Assembly (NCBI GenBank): GCA_041738615.1
Contig: JBGSPL010000004.1
Span: forward strand, 1,203 to 65,202
Length of the DNA stretch: 64,000 nt
Direction: 5' to 3'
Source of the DNA: Patescibacteria group bacterium
Lineage (GTDB): Bacteria > Patescibacteriota > CPR2 > UBA1875 > CAIMLA01
Both the position numbers and the translations under genes were made by a program. A model generated the notes under the pieces. It saw nothing but the letters and a program-made list of their open reading frames with translations. It was not told the DNA's origin and ran no database searches. Numbering within the stretch: position 1 is the stretch's first letter; every line of letters begins with the position of its first letter. Below, in pieces: positions 38,507 to 46,868 of the stretch.

Positions 38507-39307
38507 TTACTTGTTAAAGGAAAGTAGGTACTTTGTAGTTGGGATAGAGAACAGTAAACAGAGGAAACCGAAAACGTAGGCTATACTCATGTCAGTTGGA
38601 AGGCCTCTATATCCTACAAAGTAAATTATAAATGCGATATTTATCATCATAATTAGCGCAAACACTATGGATGCACCAGCTAGGATATAACCGATGTCTT
38701 TCCCCTTTTTCAGGTAGTAGCCAGAAAGTATTAGTAGGGGTAGACAGAGAGCCAGGTCGATAACGTATACACCGTTTGTGAATAAGCCAGCCTCTAGGAC
38801 GCTCTGAGGCGTAGTCCCAGCGAGCAAATTAGGGATGATGTCTTTTAGCCAAACTAGGTAGAATATAACGCCCAAGAATATAAGCGAATTAGCAACGAAC
38901 TTCCTTGACCAATTTTCGGTAAAGGTGCCATTTATGTTCATAAAATCAGACGTTGCCATCGAAAATATAAACAAATATGTACTTATTCCAAGGGCTGAAA
39001 GATAAAGTAGAAACATGGGGTTAAAATGAACCATGAAAGTGTAGATTAGATATGAATAGATCGTAAATACAAGAGTCCCTAGCCAGATTAACTTGGCGGC
39101 CAAACTACCTTTATAGGCAAGAAAAGAGGAAACCAAGATAGCCGGTACAGCGATTATCGTGTTTATCCAGTCCTGGGCCATACTCTGAGCAACCCAATTT
39201 AGAGTTTCTTGCGAATAGGCATTCGGAACAAATAAACCATAGATGGCGGTGGTAGCAACTATTGCAGCCAGAACTAACGACCAGACCAGATAGCTTTTTT
39301 TAAACAC
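38507..39307 (-). CDS. Multi-pass membrane protein
   Basis: About 8 hydrophobic segments; AQD and YVIDL motifs. Confidence 0.7.
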   Translation of the reverse strand: MFKKSYLVWSLVLAAIVATTAIYGLFVPNAYSQETLNWVAQSMAQDWINTIIAVPAILVSSFLAYKGSLAAKLIWLGTLVFTIYSYLIYTFMVHFNPMFLLYLSALGISTYLFIFSMATSDFMNINGTFTENWSRKFVANSLIFLGVIFYLVWLKDIIPNLLAGTTPQSVLEAGLFTNGVYVIDLALCLPLLILSGYYLKKGKDIGYILAGASIVFALIMMINIAFIIYFVGYRGLPTDMSIAYVFGFLCLLFSIPTTKYLLSFNK

Positions 39308-39414
39308 AAAAATCCTTTCTATTTATCAATAAGATTTTATCATAAAGTTCTTAGCAATTAGTACTAAAAGCGTTATCAATAGAAATAAGCTACCATACGG
39401 TAGCTTATCAAGTA

Positions 39415-39431
39415 TGTTCTATTTGGCGAGC
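39415..39431 (+). repeat. Direct repeat copy 3
   Basis: TGTTCTATTTGGCGA-GC (15 nt identical to copy 2, then one A missing). Confidence 0.7.
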
Positions 39432-39634
39432 CAACCCTGTCATGTACCCACCACCTCTTACCTTACCCCCTACTAGAGATTCTGATGATTCTGCGAGAAA
39501 ATGAGACGAGACAAATGAGACAGTCCCCAGACTATTTGGAGTTTGTCTCAAAATGAAGAAGCCACCTCGGGAGAACCGAGTTCTTAGGGGTTAACCCAAG
39601 GTGGTTCTTCGTTGGTGGCTTTTGGCCGAGAGTG

Positions 39635-40342
39635 CTAGGACTTGCCTTGCGCCTCCAGGAACTGCTTGCCATGACCGAGATCGGTCCTGACAGGGTCGTT
39701 CTTGGCGCACAGGGGACATTCCGCCGCATCCCAGGCCGGATACTGACGATCGCAGAGTGAGAAGAGGTTGTCGACTCCGAGATCTTCGGCGGTAACTCCG
39801 CCACGATTCCAGAGATCGGCAACACCCCAGATGTCCTCGCCGCCGAGACAACGTACCAACTCGACGAGCTTCTTCGCGCTTCCGCCAGTGTTGAGGACGT
39901 CTTCGACGATCAGAACGCGCTGCTGGGGGTCAATGAACTTCTGCAACCCGCCTCGGACGAACAGCCTGGTCTTCAGAACCGAGTTGGCGCGCCCGGCGAC
40001 CATGCCTGGCTCTTTGTCGATGAACGGCTCCTTCTCCGCGAAGATCGCGTAGGTAGGCCGCTCGCTCACCTCGGTGATCCAGTCGGCGACATAGCTGGCC
40101 AAGATCGCTCCAACCGGAGCAATGCCGATGACCGTGTCGATCTGATCGCCGGAGACTTCCTCCGCGATCATTTCGGCCAAGTCCTCTACGGCGCGCGTTG
40201 ACGGGAAGACGAGATCCTTCGCGACGTACGCCTCGCCATGCTTGCCTGAGGTGTAGACGAAGTGCCCAGTCTCGAGTGCGCCGAGCCTTTCAAACAGCTC
40301 GATCACGTCTGACTGGTCGGACAGACTTCTAGTCTTATCCAT
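39635..40342 (-). CDS. pyrE: Orotate phosphoribosyltransferase
   Basis: GHFVYTSGKH, VLIVEDVLNTGGS PRPP loop; downstream of pyrF. Confidence 0.88.
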   Translation of the reverse strand: MDKTRSLSDQSDVIELFERLGALETGHFVYTSGKHGEAYVAKDLVFPSTRAVEDLAEMIAEEVSGDQIDTVIGIAPVGAILASYVADWITEVSERPTYAIFAEKEPFIDKEPGMVAGRANSVLKTRLFVRGGLQKFIDPQQRVLIVEDVLNTGGSAKKLVELVRCLGGEDIWGVADLWNRGGVTAEDLGVDNLFSLCDRQYPAWDAAECPLCAKNDPVRTDLGHGKQFLEAQGKS

Positions 40343-40359
40343 CTTTCAGTACCTCCCTG

Positions 40360-41088
40360 CTAGTAGATGGCGATCTCGTCGACGATCTTCTCGAGGTTCT
40401 CCGCGGGGACGCCGTTGGTTATCGGGCGTCCGATGACCAGACGAGTGGCACCAGTCGCGATTGCGGCCGATGGAGTATCAGATCGGGCCTGATCGCCCTT
40501 GTCTGAACCAGCCGGACGAATGCCCGGTGTGTTCAGCGAGAGCTCGTCAAAGCGGCGTTCGGCCCGAATCGCGGCGATCTCCTGGGGAGAGCATACGATG
40601 TCCGTAAAGCCGCTGAAGAGCAACGCTTCGGCGTAGTAGAGCACTTGCTCGACCGGCGTGCGATAGTTGAACTCGCTCGCCACCACCTTGGGGGACTTGC
40701 TGGTCAACACGGTTACCCCGCAGGGCTTCGTACCGGCCTTGTGGCAAGCGTCGGCGAAGCGCTTCAGCGCTTCCTGCAGATTGGGATCATCGGCCGACAG
40801 GATGCCGGTCGACTGGGCGCCCGCCATGCAGTTCAGCATGTAGGGCTTGTGCTTCAAGTGCTTCTCGGCAAGACCAACGAGCTTCGTTGGGATCTCGATG
40901 AGCTTGGCGTCGTCAAACACCTTGATCCCACGATCGTTCAGGCGGTCGATGACTCCGAGTCCGATGTCGGTCACGAACAAGCGGTCGATCTTGACGATGC
41001 GCAGATTGGGCATGAGGTCGAGTGCAGCCATCAAGGCCGCCTCGTCCACCACATCTGCACTCCAGATGATACGATCAAGCGGGTCCAT
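40360..41088 (-). CDS. pyrF: Orotidine-5'-phosphate decarboxylase
   Basis: FDDAKLIEIP (variant of DxKxxD), VTVLTS, TPGIRP, DQAR, LVIGRPIT. Confidence 0.9.
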   Translation of the reverse strand: MDPLDRIIWSADVVDEAALMAALDLMPNLRIVKIDRLFVTDIGLGVIDRLNDRGIKVFDDAKLIEIPTKLVGLAEKHLKHKPYMLNCMAGAQSTGILSADDPNLQEALKRFADACHKAGTKPCGVTVLTSKSPKVVASEFNYRTPVEQVLYYAEALLFSGFTDIVCSPQEIAAIRAERRFDELSLNTPGIRPAGSDKGDQARSDTPSAAIATGATRLVIGRPITNGVPAENLEKIVDEIAIY

Positions 41089-41204
41089 TTGATCCCTCCT
41101 CTTTCAGCTTCTCCCGAAGCTTGACGTCGATTCTCTGCCTTTAGACAGCTAGCTAACTCCAACAGGTTAGAGGCAATTAGCTGTCTAAAGAAATGTATAG
41201 GTAC

Positions 41205-41229
41205 AAAAAGGATCCACAAACATGGACCC
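41205..41229 (-). terminator. Intrinsic terminator (end of upstream island operon or pyr leader)
   Basis: Minus strand GGGTCCAT-GTTT-GTGGATCC-TTTTT. Confidence 0.6.
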
Positions 41230-41283
41230 TCCGATATGGTTGAGATAATAACACAAATAGCTTGTTTTTTGAAGAGTTTAAGC

Positions 41284-42372
41284 CTATTTGTTAGGTTCGA
41301 GCTCTCCTTTTAGCTCTTCGTAGATCACTTCTTTATCGTCGATTCCGCGCAATCTGCCCGAGAGCAAACCTAGTTTATAGCTCACACCTTCACTCATTAC
41401 TTTCCAGTTGGTGTTATCGAGCATTTTAGTCAAAGATTTCTTTAAATCACTGCGGCTGTGACCCTCATCTCTGCCATGTTTGGTATCTTGGACGGTAAAG
41501 GTAATAATCAGGTCTCTGGTGACCTCTGTGTTGGTGATAACGAGGCCTTTGAAGTCATCCGCAGATAGCTTTTCGGCTAACAAATCGGAAAGTTCAGCAA
41601 TAGTGAGCTTTTTCGTGTTTTTTGCCTGTTCGTAGATCTCTTTATGTTTTTCTCTATCCGCCATTTCCTCGGATAGTTTTTTCATTTCGGGCAAATCAAC
41701 AGTTTTGAAACGGCGGTAATCTTCACCTTCTTTTTCGGAAAGACAAAACCTAGCCCGATCTTTCTCAAAGTCTGGGTCTACTGGCTCCTCTTTGGGTTTT
41801 TCATTCAGATCCAGAACAAATTCATCTTTGTTGCCACAATTCGGGCACGAATACTTGGTGACGACCTTCGCTTTGGACTTAATATATTTCTTTTCCCATT
41901 CCTTGTGGCATTTTGGACAGAAATCGTTCTTAAAAACGTAAGGTTCACCGTCACTATAGAAAGCTTTCTTCTCACTGCAAGGATCACAGCGGTACATAAA
42001 CATCATCCGGAGATTATTATCAGAGTCTTCGTCTAGTTCACCAACCATTAGCTTCATTTTTTGATTACATTTTGGGCAATAGGCGGTTGGGGCAGGATGG
42101 GACGCGACAAACTCATCGCGCTCCTTGTCCTTATCCATCCATTCCTGGATAGTTTCCTTGCGTTTTAGATAACGATCACCCTTACGGAAATATAGGGGTA
42201 AGTCTATAACAACTCTGCCTAGTCGTTCTTGCTCAGCTTTACTTAGTTTTTCAGCATCTTTCGGCAAACCTTTTTCATTGCAAATACGAATCCAAGTACG
42301 ACAACCTTCAACAGTGTGCTTGTCATAGAGGTTTTCGTAATAGGATTGTTCGCGTTGGTGCTTATAGCTCAT
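41284..42372 (-). CDS. Hypothetical protein with four CxxC (two zinc-ribbon-like pairs)
   Basis: CPKC, CDPC, CPKC, CPNC. Confidence 0.7.
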   Translation of the reverse strand: MSYKHQREQSYYENLYDKHTVEGCRTWIRICNEKGLPKDAEKLSKAEQERLGRVVIDLPLYFRKGDRYLKRKETIQEWMDKDKERDEFVASHPAPTAYCPKCNQKMKLMVGELDEDSDNNLRMMFMYRCDPCSEKKAFYSDGEPYVFKNDFCPKCHKEWEKKYIKSKAKVVTKYSCPNCGNKDEFVLDLNEKPKEEPVDPDFEKDRARFCLSEKEGEDYRRFKTVDLPEMKKLSEEMADREKHKEIYEQAKNTKKLTIAELSDLLAEKLSADDFKGLVITNTEVTRDLIITFTVQDTKHGRDEGHSRSDLKKSLTKMLDNTNWKVMSEGVSYKLGLLSGRLRGIDDKEVIYEELKGELEPNK

Positions 42373-42390
42373 CTATCAAGCCTATGAATG

Positions 42391-42528
42391 TTAAGATCCT
42401 GCATCTTTTTCTTCTGCCGCCACGAATGTCCGTTCGTGGCATTTAGGACAATCATTGGAACCAGGATGCATTTCGTACCCTTCGCCGCACTTAGAACATT
42501 TTTTCATTTTAGCCTTTTCTTCACCCAC
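42391..42528 (-). CDS. 45-aa zinc-ribbon protein missing from the ORF track
   Basis: AAAGGAG ribosome-binding site, GTG start, MGEEKAKMKKCSKCGEGYEMHPGSNDCPKCHERTFVAAEEKDAGS*. Confidence 0.6.
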   Translation of the reverse strand: MGEEKAKMKKCSKCGEGYEMHPGSNDCPKCHERTFVAAEEKDAGS

Positions 42529-42545
42529 GCTATCTCCTTTCATAC

Positions 42546-43253
42546 TCAGCTTGGTAGTACTTCTTTTTCTTTAATATTCTTAACTGCCGAGAGTAAAACC
42601 TTGGCACGTTGGACCTTGATTTTCTTTTTATCACTTATGCCTTTGTAAAATAGCTCGAGCTGTTTTTCTTGGGAGGGGTTCAGTATTGTCCAGGTTTTTA
42701 AGTAATTTAAAATGTCCACGAGTACAAGACCGCAGTAACCGGTGCGCGACCTCAAAAAATATGGTTCTTCTACTATCGTGTAGCCTGGTCTAATGTTTTC
42801 CTTCAGTGCCTTTAGGATATTCGTTTTCACAAATGACTCTTCTTCGTCAAGCGCAACGAATATAAGGTCCTTCCCGCTTCCACTTATAGCTTTGGGGAGA
42901 GTTTTTATCCCTGCGACCAGAAGGTCGATATAATTTTTCTCCGACTTTCCCGCTCTGTTATAGAAAATACTATATTTTGCTCGTGCGTTTGTGTTTGCTT
43001 TGAGACCACCCAATGCAATCTCTGTTAAATTTATTCGTTCATCAACGCTAACGGTCTGATCTCCATTTGTGGCTGAAAAAATACATTCACCTTTGAACTC
43101 CTTTTCTGCGTCCCACTTGATGTTTTTTACCGCATTTTCGAATGAGAGCTTAACCTTTTTATAACTATTGGAGTTAATATTTAAAATTCCAAGACCAAAA
43201 TAATTTTTATCATTATGGCTGCACTGCACCTCGTCTATAAAAAGCATGATCAT
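42546..43253 (-). CDS. DUF3800-like (RNase H-like) hypothetical protein
   Basis: N-terminal LFIDE, EFKG, ALDE, LVLVDI pattern. Confidence 0.5.
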   Translation of the reverse strand: MIMLFIDEVQCSHNDKNYFGLGILNINSNSYKKVKLSFENAVKNIKWDAEKEFKGECIFSATNGDQTVSVDERINLTEIALGGLKANTNARAKYSIFYNRAGKSEKNYIDLLVAGIKTLPKAISGSGKDLIFVALDEEESFVKTNILKALKENIRPGYTIVEEPYFLRSRTGYCGLVLVDILNYLKTWTILNPSQEKQLELFYKGISDKKKIKVQRAKVLLSAVKNIKEKEVLPS

Positions 43254-44191
43254 TTCGTTGGTACCCTTAACTTGGACTTTTCTAACAAAGACAATAGATA
43301 ATCACCAAAAAGCACAATTTGGATTGCCCGTTCCCTAGTTACGCCATTAACAATGTTGTGCGCCTTGTCATTCCTGATAAATTTGAAGAATCCAAGGAAG
43401 ATAAGATGGATACCGTCTTGTTCATTTTTGTTGGAAGATATGATCAGTAGCCCATTTTCTGGATTAAGCGATTTTGAGACCAAGTCGACGCCGGTACAAT
43501 CCTTGAGACCTGAGATACTTTTCAGCATATGCTCAATCAAAACGGCGACCTCTCGTATCGGGCGGTCATAAAGACCATCTTTGTTTTTCCCGATAAGATC
43601 TAGTGTTCTTTTCCTTAATTCCTCGTCTATAATCAGATATTCTTCTGTAACAACATTTCCGTGGCCTTTGCCGTCTACTGCTGTTTTTGTTGTTATAGTA
43701 ACGGTTTTATCCTTACTCTCTTTGCTGGTAACAGATTTGTTAACAATTTGTTCGTCGATGAAGAGGAGGCTTGGCTCAACATCCTTGAAGACCGGAAGAT
43801 TAAGCTTATCTTTTACAAAGGCCAATCTTGAGTCGACCTCATTTAGCAAAATCTTTGGCAAACTTCTTTTCTCTGATACCAAAATAGATCTATTAACTTC
43901 TAGACGGCGGAGGTAGAGGATCAAACAGGACTTATACATTCGCATTAGCTCGGGGCTGTAACTGTATTCAACATCAAATTCGTCATTGCTGCTTAGTTTA
44001 TTTTTGGCATCTTCGATTATTCTTTCAACCAGTGACTTCTCCACAACTACCCGGCTATCCTCGATCCCAAACTGCTCAACTTCTTTGACAGCATGAGCAA
44101 GACCCTTATCGTACAGCTCAAGGCCTGCGATTATTGCTCTAATTGTGTCCTTATTAAAAACTACCGGCTGATAAACTGTCATTGAGCTCAT
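43250..44191 (-). CDS. Protein with C-terminal TIGR02391-like domain
   Basis: GVDLVSKSLNP...EQDG..L..G....RN..AH. Confidence 0.6.
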   Translation of the reverse strand: MSSMTVYQPVVFNKDTIRAIIAGLELYDKGLAHAVKEVEQFGIEDSRVVVEKSLVERIIEDAKNKLSSNDEFDVEYSYSPELMRMYKSCLILYLRRLEVNRSILVSEKRSLPKILLNEVDSRLAFVKDKLNLPVFKDVEPSLLFIDEQIVNKSVTSKESKDKTVTITTKTAVDGKGHGNVVTEEYLIIDEELRKRTLDLIGKNKDGLYDRPIREVAVLIEHMLKSISGLKDCTGVDLVSKSLNPENGLLIISSNKNEQDGIHLIFLGFFKFIRNDKAHNIVNGVTRERAIQIVLFGDYLLSLLEKSKLRVPTK

Positions 44192-44340
44192 TTCTTTTTA
44201 TGTTTACAAAACGGGGCTGCGTAGTGCACCCCCCAATATCTATATTATATTCCTTTCGGCTCGCTAAAAAAAGTATACAAAGGAGCTAACTATCGAGGGC
44301 GTCATATTCACAATCAGGATCTCCATCTAACGGATCATGA

Positions 44341-45546
44341 TTAATTACTTGCGATTTTGGCCTGATTATGATCAATTTGTTCAAGCCAGTTGCTAACGCC
44401 TAAATGATCAATGCCCTGACTTCTTAATATTTTTGCGATATCTAGCGCATTAATGATTAGTATTGGGTGTCCGTCCTCAATGACCTCCTTGTAAGCCTGC
44501 GAGTTGACGTAACTTGTTGTCACGAGTATCCCAAATTGACGATACCTCAATCTTGAAATTAGCCTAGACATAGGCTTGACACCAACTGATGTCTCCGCTG
44601 AGTAGCACTTTGCCTCAAGTGCACATTCAACCAATAGAGGGTTATGTGTTGTTCCAATCCTATACTTTCCTATAGCGTCACGTCCGCCGTCACGCCAAGG
44701 TCGGGTTAGATCAAATAGTTCGAAGTTATTATCCATCATCTGAACAATCTTGGTCGCGCATAACTCAAATCCAAAAGGATTAGTTGCGTAGTGTTCGCGT
44801 ATTTTACTTATCAACTTTCTGTCGTTATCATCTCTGGGTAATTGTTGTTCTCTGGTGGGAATTTCGGAGTTCTTTGGAGAGAGCAATGGTTGTATTCCTT
44901 GACGTCCAAACTGGATGAACTGCTTCCACGCTTTCGGTGCAATATCGATACTATTATCATGAATTTCTATCAGCTGCTTCAGCCAATCTTTTGAGATTAC
45001 CTCGTCGCCAGTATCTAGTATAGAAAAATACGCTTCGTAGTTTTGAAACCTGCTACCTTCTTTAGATCGCCAGATAGCATTTAGCTCCCTATCTGGTGGG
45101 ATATTTGGATTGCTCGGTGCCGCGACTCCAAGAAACTTTGCATCAAACGCATGTCCAGTCCACTGGAACACCAGAAACGGAGGTATATCCGTCCTCTCAG
45201 TTGAATCAAGTTTTGCAAATATATCTCTTAGATGTCGATTTCCTTTTTTGGGAGTGTCGTGTAGCTTTCTTCCCGGGGTTCTATTATCTCCAAAGTATCG
45301 CAGAACACCCGTCTCTGAATCCAGTGAGTCTGGCCATTCTATTTCCGCGAGCGAAGTATACAAGACAATATAGGCTAATTGCCCGCTATCATCTTGCCTT
45401 CTAACCCGTCTAAAGCCCCCTTGATTCTCGAGTTTAGGCAAAAGTTTACTTAAAGGCCCTTCACCGAATAATGTACCTTTGCTTTTATAAACAGCATCGA
45501 TAACCAACGGTGCTTTACTAAGTTCATCAAACTCATAAACACTCAT
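44341..45546 (-). CDS. MspJI/AspBHI-like restriction endonuclease (SRA-like N-terminus + Mrr-cat)
   Basis: NQGGFR, EWPD.LD...G..RYFGDN..PG; RDGGRDAIG...EAKCY; SRLISRLR. Confidence 0.8.
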   Translation of the reverse strand: MSVYEFDELSKAPLVIDAVYKSKGTLFGEGPLSKLLPKLENQGGFRRVRRQDDSGQLAYIVLYTSLAEIEWPDSLDSETGVLRYFGDNRTPGRKLHDTPKKGNRHLRDIFAKLDSTERTDIPPFLVFQWTGHAFDAKFLGVAAPSNPNIPPDRELNAIWRSKEGSRFQNYEAYFSILDTGDEVISKDWLKQLIEIHDNSIDIAPKAWKQFIQFGRQGIQPLLSPKNSEIPTREQQLPRDDNDRKLISKIREHYATNPFGFELCATKIVQMMDNNFELFDLTRPWRDGGRDAIGKYRIGTTHNPLLVECALEAKCYSAETSVGVKPMSRLISRLRYRQFGILVTTSYVNSQAYKEVIEDGHPILIINALDIAKILRSQGIDHLGVSNWLEQIDHNQAKIASN

Positions 45547-46850
45547 GGGAGACTAATACTCTCTCGTAAACTGAGTTCACCAACCATTTCTGACTCTTCG
45601 GCTAACCTTTTATTCAATGTTTTAACGAGGATATGCTTATCGATGTGTAGTAGCTGCTTAAATATCTCCTCTAGCACAGGTACAGCGATACTGTTGCCGG
45701 CCATCTTTACAATTTTAGTGTTACTAAAGAAATTATCAGCAACATTTCTTTTAAAGTTGTTATTCATTATCACTTCATAGTCTTTGTCTTCGAAACCCAT
45801 CAGTAAAAGACATTCTCTCCCGGTAAGATACCTAAAGTTACTCTTTCCAGGAAGGTTGTTCTTATAAGCTATGATACCTGAGTTAGGGTGTCTGTCTTGC
45901 TTAGTCGTTAGAGTTAGGGCGATACGGGAGAAGTTTAATCCATCATATAACTTAAGGTTCTTTTCAAAAATCATTTGCCGTGATGGTGTGTCATTGGGTT
46001 GGCTGTCGTTCGCCTCGTTGAGTAATAATTCATTGTTATAATTTAACCTTAAATATTCAGATAGCATCCTAGGTGTTTTTCTGACCTTAGTAAGATCGTT
46101 TGTTTTGAAGTAATCCTCCAGTTTTTTCCTTGTTCTCGTGTTATTCCCGACATAAATACTAATCAGATAAGCACGTTTACGAATCTGCGGCAAACCAAAA
46201 TTGTTGGAGTTAAGAACGTAAAATTGGTTAAAATATCCGAGGTTATCCAAAGATGCTTTCCATTCCTCAAAATTTTTGTTGTGAGAACGAGATATGATAT
46301 TCGGTACATTCTCCATTAATAAAAACTTTGGCATGGGACGAGGGCTAGCTTTTCGCTCCTTGAGGATTCTTTCAATTTCCCATAGCATGCTAGACCGGTT
46401 AGCGGCACTTCGATCGATGCCATCAGTCTTTCCGTGCCAAGCATGAGCGACCGAAAGATCTTGGCAAGGGAAGGAATAGGTCAAGGCGTCCATTTCTTGG
46501 GGCAATAGAGACCCATTCATGTCAGTAACGCTAACATAATTGTTTGTCCTGTCGATAGCTGCGCATAATCTGCATAATACGTCCATGCTTAAGGCTCGAA
46601 TTATCTTCCAATCCGCCATAACCTTGCCATCAGTACTGAGTGTATATTTTTGTAACCTCGACAGCATTTCTTCGCGAGTTGCATCCTTGTACTTCGAAAG
46701 ATCTTGCGGCCCATTGTGAATAAGGTCGTAAGCGATAATTGAATGAATGTCCCAATCGGCAGTTCCAATAATCTCGAAGTCGCATCCAATATTCTTCAAT
46801 GCTTTTGCCTGTGCACCTATGCCGCTAAAGGCCTCTACTACTTTTAACAT
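45543..46850 (-). CDS. DNA (cytosine-5) methyltransferase
   Basis: AFSGIG, SFPCQDLS, MENV, QIRKR, AGNSI. Confidence 0.92.
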   Translation of the reverse strand: MLKVVEAFSGIGAQAKALKNIGCDFEIIGTADWDIHSIIAYDLIHNGPQDLSKYKDATREEMLSRLQKYTLSTDGKVMADWKIIRALSMDVLCRLCAAIDRTNNYVSVTDMNGSLLPQEMDALTYSFPCQDLSVAHAWHGKTDGIDRSAANRSSMLWEIERILKERKASPRPMPKFLLMENVPNIISRSHNKNFEEWKASLDNLGYFNQFYVLNSNNFGLPQIRKRAYLISIYVGNNTRTRKKLEDYFKTNDLTKVRKTPRMLSEYLRLNYNNELLLNEANDSQPNDTPSRQMIFEKNLKLYDGLNFSRIALTLTTKQDRHPNSGIIAYKNNLPGKSNFRYLTGRECLLLMGFEDKDYEVIMNNNFKRNVADNFFSNTKIVKMAGNSIAVPVLEEIFKQLLHIDKHILVKTLNKRLAEESEMVGELSLRESISLP

Positions 46851-46868
46851 TTACCCTCCATACATACA

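Noticed and set aside
37670-39431. CRISPR array or classical integron
   Set aside because: Intervals are about 0.8-0.9 kb and contain whole genes; no cas genes, no attC-style RYYYAAC...GTTRRRY boxes and no integron integrase are seen
39532-41219. Many overlapping alternative-frame ORFs over pyrE/pyrF (also over 22423-22973 and 25096-26656)
   Set aside because: Expected shadow ORFs in GC-rich, stop-poor sequence; no motifs or ribosome-binding sites
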